Source: an uncultured delta proteobacterium (lineage in GTDB: Bacteria > Desulfobacterota > DSM-4660 > Desulfatiglandales > HGW-15). From it: a stretch of DNA of 64,000 nucleotides. A program made the translations under genes and the position numbers. The stretch lies in contig CAVUFY010000004.1 of NCBI GenBank assembly GCA_963740905.1, positions 387,735-451,734 on the forward strand. Reading direction: 5' to 3'. Every line of letters begins with the position of its first letter. The stretch's first letter is position 1. Positions 56,683 to 64,000 of the stretch are shown here, one piece after another. The notes under the pieces were generated by a model that did not search any database, was not told where the DNA came from, and was given only the letters and a program-made list of their open reading frames with translations.

Positions 56683-57999
56683 ATGTCGTATACCTTAAAA
56701 ATTTGGAACGACTTCAAGAATTACCAGAGCACTTGTTACAGGAACTACGCGTATGTTTCGGAAGGTCTTCGCTGCATGGGCTCTACTTGGAGCGTGCTGG
56801 CCCCCCTTAAGGGGTTAGGGGAAGATGTATACCTGCTGGGCGGCGAGCCCCACGCCGCGTCAACCGCCGGAACATTCCCTGAAGAGGCCCGCGAGGATAT
56901 TTCGGCGGCTGAAATCGCAGGCTTGGGGTTTCACGCTTGCAGTTACCTGAAGCTGTTCGTAGGGGAAGTGGTCCGCGACAAGATGGGGATCACAGATGGA
57001 ACAATCAAGGAGGGATATCCCAAACCGAATTTGATCTGGACTACGCATTTGTGCAATCTGCATTCAAAGTGGTACCAGGAAGTTTCGAGGCGCCTAGGCG
57101 GCATACCCATGTACCCTATAGATATGATCGGCGGGGGGAATGCGGAGAAAGATCCTAAGATCGTAAAATACGTGTGCGACCAGATGGAGGAGGGAATACG
57201 CTGGCTCGAGAGAGTCACCGGCAGGGATTTTTCGGATGAGTTGTTCATCAAGGCAGCCAGAAATGAGATCAAGGTGCTGGTGCTATGGGGCAATATATGT
57301 GCACTGAACATGCATGCCCCCGCGCCGTTGGATGAGCGTCGGCTCATAGCTCTATTTCCGCCGGCCATGGTGGACAGGACGACGGATGAAGCGGTGCGGA
57401 TATATGAGGCATTGCTGAAAGAAGTGCGATACATGGTCGAAACCGGACAGAGTGTGGTTCCGGATCAACGCTACAGAATCGTCTATTTTGGACTGGCACA
57501 TACTTATGGCCACCCGGAAATCGCGAGAATCCTCAGGGACGCAGGAGCCGAGATTGTGGCCTCAGTCTATACTTTTGGCACGGCCGGCAATTTCAAGGGA
57601 TTTGTGAACGGAAAATGGTCATGGGAACCCATCAACCCTGCATGGGTCGACGAACTGGATTTCTCCACCAGAAGAGATGCCTTGTCTGCGCTGGCCAAAA
57701 TAGCGTTGGGCTGGCCGACCTGGCAAGGGGTAAGGTCCTATTGGGCACTGGAACAAATGGCCAGGGCGATGGTGACAGAATATGGGGCAGACGGCCTTTT
57801 GTTGGCCCCTACCCGTACGTGTGAAACGGACTTCAGGAACGGCTACATAGCGATGCAGCGCATCTTTAAGAACCAAATTCCGACCGTTGAATACGATACC
57901 GAAACCGTAGATGTCCGAAAAATGGATTTGCCCGGTTCCAAACGAAAAACAGAGTTATTCGTGCATCTCATGGAAGCGCACAAGAAAGGAAGGGCATGA
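56683..57999 (+). CDS. 2-hydroxyacyl-CoA dehydratase / benzoyl-CoA reductase B-type subunit (BcrB/BzdO-like)
   Basis: 438 aa with an HGD-D-family pattern (conserved Cys context ...THLCNLHSKWY..., ...APTRTCE...). First gene of a tightly packed four-gene set. Confidence 0.7.
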   Translation: MSYTLKIWNDFKNYQSTCYRNYAYVSEGLRCMGSTWSVLAPLKGLGEDVYLLGGEPHAASTAGTFPEEAREDISAAEIAGLGFHACSYLKLFVGEVVRDKMGITDGTIKEGYPKPNLIWTTHLCNLHSKWYQEVSRRLGGIPMYPIDMIGGGNAEKDPKIVKYVCDQMEEGIRWLERVTGRDFSDELFIKAARNEIKVLVLWGNICALNMHAPAPLDERRLIALFPPAMVDRTTDEAVRIYEALLKEVRYMVETGQSVVPDQRYRIVYFGLAHTYGHPEIARILRDAGAEIVASVYTFGTAGNFKGFVNGKWSWEPINPAWVDELDFSTRRDALSALAKIALGWPTWQGVRSYWALEQMARAMVTEYGADGLLLAPTRTCETDFRNGYIAMQRIFKNQIPTVEYDTETVDVRKMDLPGSKRKTELFVHLMEAHKKGRA

Positions 58000-58005
58000 G
58001 AAGAG

Positions 58006-59169
58006 ATGAACAGAAGTTCTGAATCAATAATCGAACATTTTCGCCACGTCACTGAGAATACGCATGAATACGCTAAATCCCTCCAGGAGAAAGGACGTCT
58101 CTTGGCTGGATATATGTGCACCCATGTGCCGGAGGAAATTCTATACGCAGCCGGAATCATACCGCTGAGAATTCTCAGCGCCCATGTTTCGCAAGCCATG
58201 ACAAGGAGCTACATTCACGAAACCTACTGTTCCTTTTCGCATGATTGCGCATACCAAGGACTGCAGCACAACTATGATTACCTGGACTTGATCGTGCATA
58301 GCAGCAGTTGCATACACATGGCTGAAGCGTTTAACGTTTGGGTCAGGTTTGCAGGCTTCCAGGAAAAAAGCTTCCTGATCCCCTACCCTCATATCATCCA
58401 TGCCAAACCTGCGGCCGGGTTTATGGCAGAGTCTTTTGCAGAGTTTAAACAATTCATTGAAAAGTTTGCGAAGACGTCCATAACGGATGATGACATCGAA
58501 CGGGCGATTAAGGTGTACAATCACACCAGAAGACTCCTCAAGCGACTCTGGGGGTTCCTGAAGCTGGACAGCTCCCCTATAACGGGGTCGGAAGTCGCGA
58601 CGGTCACTTTGGCTTCCCAAGTCATGGAAAAGCAAGAGTGCAATCAAATGCTGGAGCAACTGGTTCAGCAAATAGAAAACGCGCCCGGCAAAGCGTCCCC
58701 AGGGGTAAGGCTGATGGTGACGGGAGGCGCGTGTGACGACTTGCGGATTTTCGATTTAATTGAACATCTGAACCACAATACAAGCCTGATCTTCATTGAT
58801 TCTTGTACGGCGGCCAGGTACTTCTGGTTTGAAGTGCCTGAGGATCGCCCTGATAAGCTGGGAGCGATCGCTGAGGGACTCATCAATAGAATTCCGTGTC
58901 CTGCAAAGGACAATGTTCCCGGCACCGGGGAGAAAAAACGGTTCAGGTTCATACAACAGTTCATCGAGGACTTCAAGCCGGATGGAATAATATTTCTCTA
59001 CCAGCGATTTTGCAGCCCCCAATCCATGGACGTTGTGGCACTGAAGCCCATCGTGAACATGTTGGGAATCCCGTGGACCGAGCTCGAACTTGATACGACG
59101 GTGCCAATCGTTCAGTTCGGAACACAGCTGGAAGCCCTCGTAGAAATCATAAAGCAGGTGGCGCCATGA
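58006..59169 (+). CDS. 2-hydroxyacyl-CoA dehydratase / benzoyl-CoA reductase C-type subunit (BcrC/BzdN-like)
   Basis: 387 aa with LLAGYMCTHVPEEILYAAGIIPLRI... and ...FLYQRFCSPQ..., typical of HGD-D family subunits. Confidence 0.7.
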   Translation: MNRSSESIIEHFRHVTENTHEYAKSLQEKGRLLAGYMCTHVPEEILYAAGIIPLRILSAHVSQAMTRSYIHETYCSFSHDCAYQGLQHNYDYLDLIVHSSSCIHMAEAFNVWVRFAGFQEKSFLIPYPHIIHAKPAAGFMAESFAEFKQFIEKFAKTSITDDDIERAIKVYNHTRRLLKRLWGFLKLDSSPITGSEVATVTLASQVMEKQECNQMLEQLVQQIENAPGKASPGVRLMVTGGACDDLRIFDLIEHLNHNTSLIFIDSCTAARYFWFEVPEDRPDKLGAIAEGLINRIPCPAKDNVPGTGEKKRFRFIQQFIEDFKPDGIIFLYQRFCSPQSMDVVALKPIVNMLGIPWTELELDTTVPIVQFGTQLEALVEIIKQVAP

Positions 59170-59954
59170 ATAAGGGAAAAGTAATTGCCGGACTGGATGC
59201 AGGTCATATAAATACCAAGGCCATAATCATGGAGGGGCGGGAAATCCTTGGGTACCGCACGGTCCCCACAGGGTTTGATGTCGCCGCTGCGGCCCAAACA
59301 GCACTCAATGAAGCTTCGGAGAGTGCGGGAATCTCCCGCAGTGAACTGGGCGGAATCACGGCTACTGGAATCTTTAAAGATACGACCAACGGACCGTCCC
59401 TGAACATAAGCAAGACCGTCCCCGAATACGTGGCGGATGCTAAAGGCGCTTTGTTCCTCAATAAGAATTCCAGAACAGTCATCGACATCGGCGGCAATAT
59501 ACATAAAGTTGTCCAGTATGACGAAAGCGCGAATCTTCTGGATGTTGTTCAGAATGATAAGTGTGCCGACGGTTTGGGCATTTTTTACACCAACATGGCC
59601 AAGGCCATAGGATTAAACGAGCGGGAAATGTCCGATTTGGCACTTCAATCCACCAAGACTCTATCAGTCGCCATTCAGTGCGCACTATCCGCTGAATCAG
59701 ATGCGATTGATTTGATCTGCCAAGGCAGTGACATCGCGGATGTGGCGGATGCTGTCTTGAGATTCATAGTTGAACGGGTTGCGGATATGTGCACCTATAT
59801 GCCTCTTACCAGAGAGATCGTGGTAGCGGGAGGATTAGCCAAATCCGAAGCGCTTGTTAAGCACCTTGCGAGTCTGATAAAACAAGACCTGAGCACAGTG
59901 GACCTTCCGGAATACGTATGTGCCATAGGTGCGGCCATTTGTGATGGGGGTTGA
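59166..59954 (+). CDS. BadF/BadG/BcrA/BcrD-type ATPase subunit (BcrD/BzdP-like)
   Basis: Acetate/sugar-kinase-fold ATPase with GLDAGHINTKAII, cluster-ligand contexts NDKCADGLG and CALSAESD, and VVAGGLAKS. ATGA overlaps the upstream stop. Confidence 0.75.
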   Translation: MNKGKVIAGLDAGHINTKAIIMEGREILGYRTVPTGFDVAAAAQTALNEASESAGISRSELGGITATGIFKDTTNGPSLNISKTVPEYVADAKGALFLNKNSRTVIDIGGNIHKVVQYDESANLLDVVQNDKCADGLGIFYTNMAKAIGLNEREMSDLALQSTKTLSVAIQCALSAESDAIDLICQGSDIADVADAVLRFIVERVADMCTYMPLTREIVVAGGLAKSEALVKHLASLIKQDLSTVDLPEYVCAIGAAICDGG

Positions 59955-59956
59955 AA

Positions 59957-60808
59957 ATGAGCGGGTGGGTTTCAATGAAAGAACAGCTGGATTGGAAAAA
60001 GGCTGAGGTTATAGCAGCCGGTGTGGATGTTGGAGCCGTGAGTTCCAAAGCCGTGTTGCTGTTGGATGGGCAGCCATATGCCTTTTCTCAAGTCAGAACT
60101 CGAACGCCCAAAGAGTCTGCTTTAGGCGCCATGAACACGGCATTAGCGAAAGCTCATTTGAAGCTGGATAATATCCATTGCCTGGTGGCGACCGGCCGCG
60201 GCAGGTCCCAGGTTCCGTTCGCTCGCGAAACCGTGTCTGAAATCGCGTGCGCCGCCGCAGGGGCGGTACACATTTGGGGTCCATCGGTGCGAACAGTGCT
60301 GGATGCTGGAGGTCAAAGTTGCAGGGTCATTCACTGCACCGGCAAAGGCAGAGCAACCGCTTTCCTTTGGAATGACAAATGTGCCGCGGGCATTGGACGC
60401 TCGATAGAAGCATTTTCCGGGCTGATTAAGAAAGATGTAAATGAGATTGGAATCATAGCTCTTCAGACTGATCAGTTCCCGAGGCTGAGTGACTTTTGCG
60501 CCGTGTATGCTCAATCCGAGGCTCTGGACTTGATTCGAAGCAAGATCCCCCTGGAACAAGCAATAGCCGCTTACCACTATGCCATGGCTAAGAGAATCAG
60601 CACATTGGCGGCCAGATCAGGAGTGAAAAGGGATTTTGTAATTATTGGAGGGCTGAGCAAGAACCCAGGAATAAGATCTCGCGTTGAAAGCATCCTGAAG
60701 GTAAACCCGTTGGTTCCTGAACCTGAATGGGATCCTGCCTTGACCACGGCTTTAGGTGCTGCCCTATTTGCAGATAGTCTCTATAGGAGGCAAGCGCCTG
60801 ACAAGTAA
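59957..60808 (+). CDS. BadF/BadG/BcrA/BcrD-type ATPase subunit (BcrA/BzdQ-like)
   Basis: GVDVGAVSSKAVLL, WNDKCAAGIGRSIE, FCAVYAQSEA and IIGGLSKNPG. It could instead start at TTG 59951, overlapping the upstream stop. Confidence 0.78.
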   Translation: MSGWVSMKEQLDWKKAEVIAAGVDVGAVSSKAVLLLDGQPYAFSQVRTRTPKESALGAMNTALAKAHLKLDNIHCLVATGRGRSQVPFARETVSEIACAAAGAVHIWGPSVRTVLDAGGQSCRVIHCTGKGRATAFLWNDKCAAGIGRSIEAFSGLIKKDVNEIGIIALQTDQFPRLSDFCAVYAQSEALDLIRSKIPLEQAIAAYHYAMAKRISTLAARSGVKRDFVIIGGLSKNPGIRSRVESILKVNPLVPEPEWDPALTTALGAALFADSLYRRQAPDK

Positions 60809-60840
60809 ACCATAGCGCTGGCAAACACTCCACCCTTATC

Positions 60841-61440
60841 ATGTCCAAAAAGAAGATCGTCAGAAGAGAATCCATCATCCAGGCAGCCATTGAGGTCTTC
60901 AGCAAGAAAGATTTCAAGAGCGCAAGTATTTCGGAAATAGCTCAAAAGGCGGGTGTGGCTGATGGGACGATCTATCAGTATTTCAAAAGCAAGGAAGACC
61001 TTTTTTTCTCCATCCCCATAGAAAAGACCAACGAATTTCGGAGTCAGCTCGAATTACATCTCGAGGGGATTTCGGGCGCTTTTAACAAAATCAGGAAATT
61101 CGTATGGTTTTTTCTGTATTTCTTCAAGACGAATCCCGAGTACGGACGGATACTGATGCTCGAAATGCGGGTGAGCAAGACTTTTGCTAAAACGGAAACG
61201 TATGGATTTCTGAAGCAATCGGTCAGCCAGGTGATGAATATCATAGAAGAAGGCCGGAACGAAGGCGTCATTCGGCAGGATACAGACGTCTACGTCCTGC
61301 GCCATTTGATTCTGGGCACCCTTGAGCACATGGTCTCCCGCTGGCTGCTCAAGGAAGAGAAGTACAACCTTCTCGAGCATCATCAGGAGGTGAGCCAAAT
61401 ACTAATCGACGGCTTGAGGGCGACCGCCCCAATCGGTTGA
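60841..61440 (+). CDS. TetR/AcrR-family transcriptional regulator
   Basis: N-terminal HTH FKSASISEIAQKAGVADGTIYQYFKSKEDLF plus a helical ligand domain. Confidence 0.9.
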   Translation: MSKKKIVRRESIIQAAIEVFSKKDFKSASISEIAQKAGVADGTIYQYFKSKEDLFFSIPIEKTNEFRSQLELHLEGISGAFNKIRKFVWFFLYFFKTNPEYGRILMLEMRVSKTFAKTETYGFLKQSVSQVMNIIEEGRNEGVIRQDTDVYVLRHLILGTLEHMVSRWLLKEEKYNLLEHHQEVSQILIDGLRATAPIG

Positions 61441-61623
61441 CGTTTGACCTATTCCCATTCACGCTACCGCTATTGGGGTCGCCGATCCGCACCCGCAGGT
61501 ACGTCGCACCACGAAGGATGAAGGCAACACCGCTCGCAGATCCCGGCTTGACGGGGAGATAGGCGTTTTTGAGCAACATGCTGGTAATTTCAGATGCGCC
61601 GGAGATTCTCTTTGAGGGCCAAA

Positions 61624-62169
61624 TTAACGAATGGGATCAGGCCGGTACCTGCCGTAGCCCTCGTCGAACTTGTCTTCGAGGAACTGATTTACACCTCTGC
61701 ACCCATCCACGACGTCGCGAGCCCAATCGAAGTATTCGCGCTTTCGCTCCTCACTCCAACCTGCCGGGGGACTGCATAGAATCGACTCAAGATTACTGAT
61801 CTTGTCCGCCATCTTGATCATCTTCGCTTTCCTCGACTTTTGTGGAACCGTCAGTACCTGAAGACGCTTGCGCTCTTCTTTCGGCAGGGACCTGTCGTAG
61901 GTTACCTCACGCACCAAGTCGGCTACTTCACAGCCGAATTCTTCGGCCAGTTCTGCATGGGATGTTGCCGTGTCCTCGATTGTGTCGTGCAACAGGCCAG
62001 CCAGCACGAGATTCAAGTCCCTGCCCCCCGTTGCCTGTGCCAGGAGAAAAGCAACCTCAGCCAAGTGGTTGATGTAGGGTTCATGGGCCACTCCTTTTCG
62101 ACGCTGCGCCGTATGCTTCCGAGCAGCGAAATCCAAAGCACGCGCAAAAGAGATAATTTCATCCCCCAT
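61624..62169 (-). CDS. HD-domain protein of the RelA/SpoT hydrolase type (small alarmone hydrolase-like)
   Basis: FAARKHTAQRRKG...PYINHLAEVA...LLHDTIEDT...KMADKISNL is the typical (p)ppGpp hydrolase HD domain. Start at MGDEII (62169). Confidence 0.75.
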   Translation of the reverse strand: MGDEIISFARALDFAARKHTAQRRKGVAHEPYINHLAEVAFLLAQATGGRDLNLVLAGLLHDTIEDTATSHAELAEEFGCEVADLVREVTYDRSLPKEERKRLQVLTVPQKSRKAKMIKMADKISNLESILCSPPAGWSEERKREYFDWARDVVDGCRGVNQFLEDKFDEGYGRYRPDPIR

Positions 62170-62422
62170 ACATACTCCCTCCTCATATGCAATAATCAGC
62201 AAATCGGCTGGCAGACGAACGACCAGTTTAATCCAAAAAGGAAACTTCAAGACGAATATCGAATGTCAAAGGAAGGTATTTGGCGAAAAAACCTTCGAAA
62301 TTTCGCGGTTCATTATTCTGCTGTTCTGCGGTTCGCTGTTCAGGTCAGGTGAACTTTCATACAAGATTTCTGACGGAACAAGCATTCCTGGAGATTGGAT
62401 CGCGGACGATGACGGAGGGATC

Positions 62423-62908
62423 TTAGACGCTTTTGAACAATTGCCCTTTGGGGCGTGCTGCTTTCTTTTGCGAAGAGTCAGTCAGGAGCCCAAGAACCCA
62501 ACCCATCCTTTGGACCCACTTCGTATAGCTCTCGGGCTTGGTTATAAGACCGTTGGCTTTGAGCCGCTGGCAGATTTCAGCGTCATTCGGCAGCTCTGTG
62601 CCGGTCAGAGCAACAACCTTGATTTCTCGAAGATCGGGGTCGGCTCTTATATCCTTGAGTGCTTCACGGCCGTTTTCCCCCGGCATATTCAGATCGAGTA
62701 AAATCAAGTCCGGACGCGGACAGGCTTCCGCCTCTTCCTGGCGCTTGCTGCAATGCAGATACCTCAAAACACCTGCGCCGTCGTTCACAAACTGCAAGTT
62801 CCCTGTAAAACCTGCATCTTCAAGCGCCCGCGTTACGAGCAGACGATCATCCGGATCGTCTTCTCCAACAAGAATATTCGCACTAAGGTTCTCGGTATGT
62901 TCCATCAT
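62423..62908 (-). CDS. Orphan single-domain response regulator
   Basis: ILVGEDDPDD...PDLILLDLNMPGENG...VVALTG...KP, with a short C-terminal tail. Confidence 0.85.
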   Translation of the reverse strand: MMEHTENLSANILVGEDDPDDRLLVTRALEDAGFTGNLQFVNDGAGVLRYLHCSKRQEEAEACPRPDLILLDLNMPGENGREALKDIRADPDLREIKVVALTGTELPNDAEICQRLKANGLITKPESYTKWVQRMGWVLGLLTDSSQKKAARPKGQLFKSV

Positions 62909-63214
62909 TCTCCTTTTGATGCACTCGCCCGAGAATGAATCACCTTTCCTTTGGTTCCGAAGAATCCTGGATTTGGTTGTAAGTACTTTAGCCTATCTGC
63001 GTCCGGGCAGGCAATACAGTCAATCCAGTATTTTTACGGTACGTATTTAGAGAAAAGGCTTGAGAAGAATTCCTCGGCTGGCGGGGTGCTGAAAAAAAAG
63101 TAAACCTGGGTGAAACCGGCAGTAAAATCTTGCATTACGCCATTTTCTGTCACAAGATGGTCATATTACGGGGAAATCAAGAATTAGGCAGCAGGAATAA
63201 ACGGGAGGTATGTT

Positions 63215-63928
63215 GTGACTGATGGGATAATCGTCCTTGCGGGAACTGCCGCCACGATTGGATTCGTGCACACCGTTTTGGGACCGGACCACTATATCCC
63301 GTTCATTGCAATGTCCAAGGCAAGGGGCTGGAGCGGCACGAGAACCGGGGTCGTTACTGCGCTCTGTGGGCTTGGCCACGTGATGAGTTCCGTCATCCTA
63401 GGGTTCGTTGGCATCGCTCTTGGCACCGTTGTTTTCAAATTGAAGTCCCTGGAATCCATCCGAGGAGATCTAGCCGGGTGGCTCTTCATCGCCTTTGGGT
63501 TTACTTACCTTCTCTGGGGCATCCGTCGCGCCGTCCGAGGTAAGTCTCACGAACATAAGCATATTCACATCGACGGAGAAAGCCATTCTCACACTCATTC
63601 TCATGTCACCGCCCATTCTCATGTTCATACTGGTGTCCAGCCCGACGTCTTGACGCCATGGGTCCTTTTCACGATCTTCGTCTTGGGTCCCTGCGAACCC
63701 CTCATCCCGCTCATCATGTATCCGGCCGCCAAGTCGAGCCCGTTGACGGTGGCAGTTGTCGCGCTGACCTTCAGTGCCACGACCATTGCGACCATGCTCG
63801 CCTGCGTGATGGCGTCTTACTTCGGTCTTTCCAAGATTCCTCTGCCCCAGCCTGAGAGATACTCTCATGCGATTGCGGGGCTGACCATCCTTATCTGCGG
63901 AGGCACTATCAAGTTCCTTGGATTGTAG
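63215..63928 (+). CDS. Membrane protein with a His-rich cytoplasmic loop; putative Ni/Co-type metal transporter
   Basis: 6 TM-like segments with a GPDHYIPF motif in TM1 and the loop GKSHEHKHIHIDGESHSHTHSHVTAHSHVHTG. GTG start after GGGAGG. Confidence 0.6.
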   Translation: MTDGIIVLAGTAATIGFVHTVLGPDHYIPFIAMSKARGWSGTRTGVVTALCGLGHVMSSVILGFVGIALGTVVFKLKSLESIRGDLAGWLFIAFGFTYLLWGIRRAVRGKSHEHKHIHIDGESHSHTHSHVTAHSHVHTGVQPDVLTPWVLFTIFVLGPCEPLIPLIMYPAAKSSPLTVAVVALTFSATTIATMLACVMASYFGLSKIPLPQPERYSHAIAGLTILICGGTIKFLGL

Positions 63929-64000
63929 AAATAAGAGGGGAAAACCGATAAGCGATGGTGACAAGATTCGTAAGAGACAGCCGGTTTCGCGCCTCACTTG

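Noticed and set aside
1-64000. Search for CRISPR arrays, IS elements or transposases, integrases, prophage genes, and rRNA or tRNA genes.
   Set aside because: None found by eye. The only tandem repeat seen is the 42-nt heptamer array at 8438-8479, and the only long inverted repeat is at 56375-56450.

Overview
The window is a 64-kb chromosomal segment at roughly 53-55% GC by eye. It is gene-dense and looks like a strictly anaerobic, Desulfobacterota/deltaproteobacterium-like organism; that assignment is inference from gene content only. I saw no rRNA, tRNA, CRISPR array, transposase or integrase.

Contents from left to right:
- A partial sensor gene, then a small junkyard of gene remnants (gcvH, gcvPA, two helicase N-termini) around an intact UPF0175/PIN-like toxin-antitoxin pair.
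- An MFS transporter.
- A minus-strand operon: multi-cluster flavoprotein, FAD oxidoreductase, tungsten-type aldehyde:ferredoxin oxidoreductase (AOR), ThiS/MoaD-like carrier and formate-THF ligase.
- Miscellaneous small genes.
- A histidine kinase and NtrC-type activator, followed by a near-consensus sigma-54 promoter. The promoter drives a 7-gene block of unknown function: Usp, TauE-like permease, signal-peptide protein, truncated PEP-utilising enzyme, receiver, and two tandem-Usp proteins.
- A GNAT-shikimate dehydrogenase fusion.
- A cluster of GntR regulator, Fe-ADH, M29/NicX-like protein and TctCAB transporter.
- A region in which four large genes each need a +1 frameshift: a Mo-oxidoreductase, an AprA-like flavoprotein, DctM and a CocE-type hydrolase.
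- A CTP-synthase-C-terminal-like gene with an in-frame UGA at the nucleophile-Cys position and a SECIS-like hairpin, so a candidate selenoprotein.
- A UPF0182 membrane protein, then an intact TRAP transporter.
- A four-gene class-I benzoyl-CoA-reductase-like (ATP-dependent aryl-CoA reductase) cluster with a TetR regulator.
- A small HD (ppGpp-hydrolase-like) protein, an orphan receiver and a His-rich metal-transporter-like membrane protein.

All family assignments come from motif recognition by eye. No database search was run.
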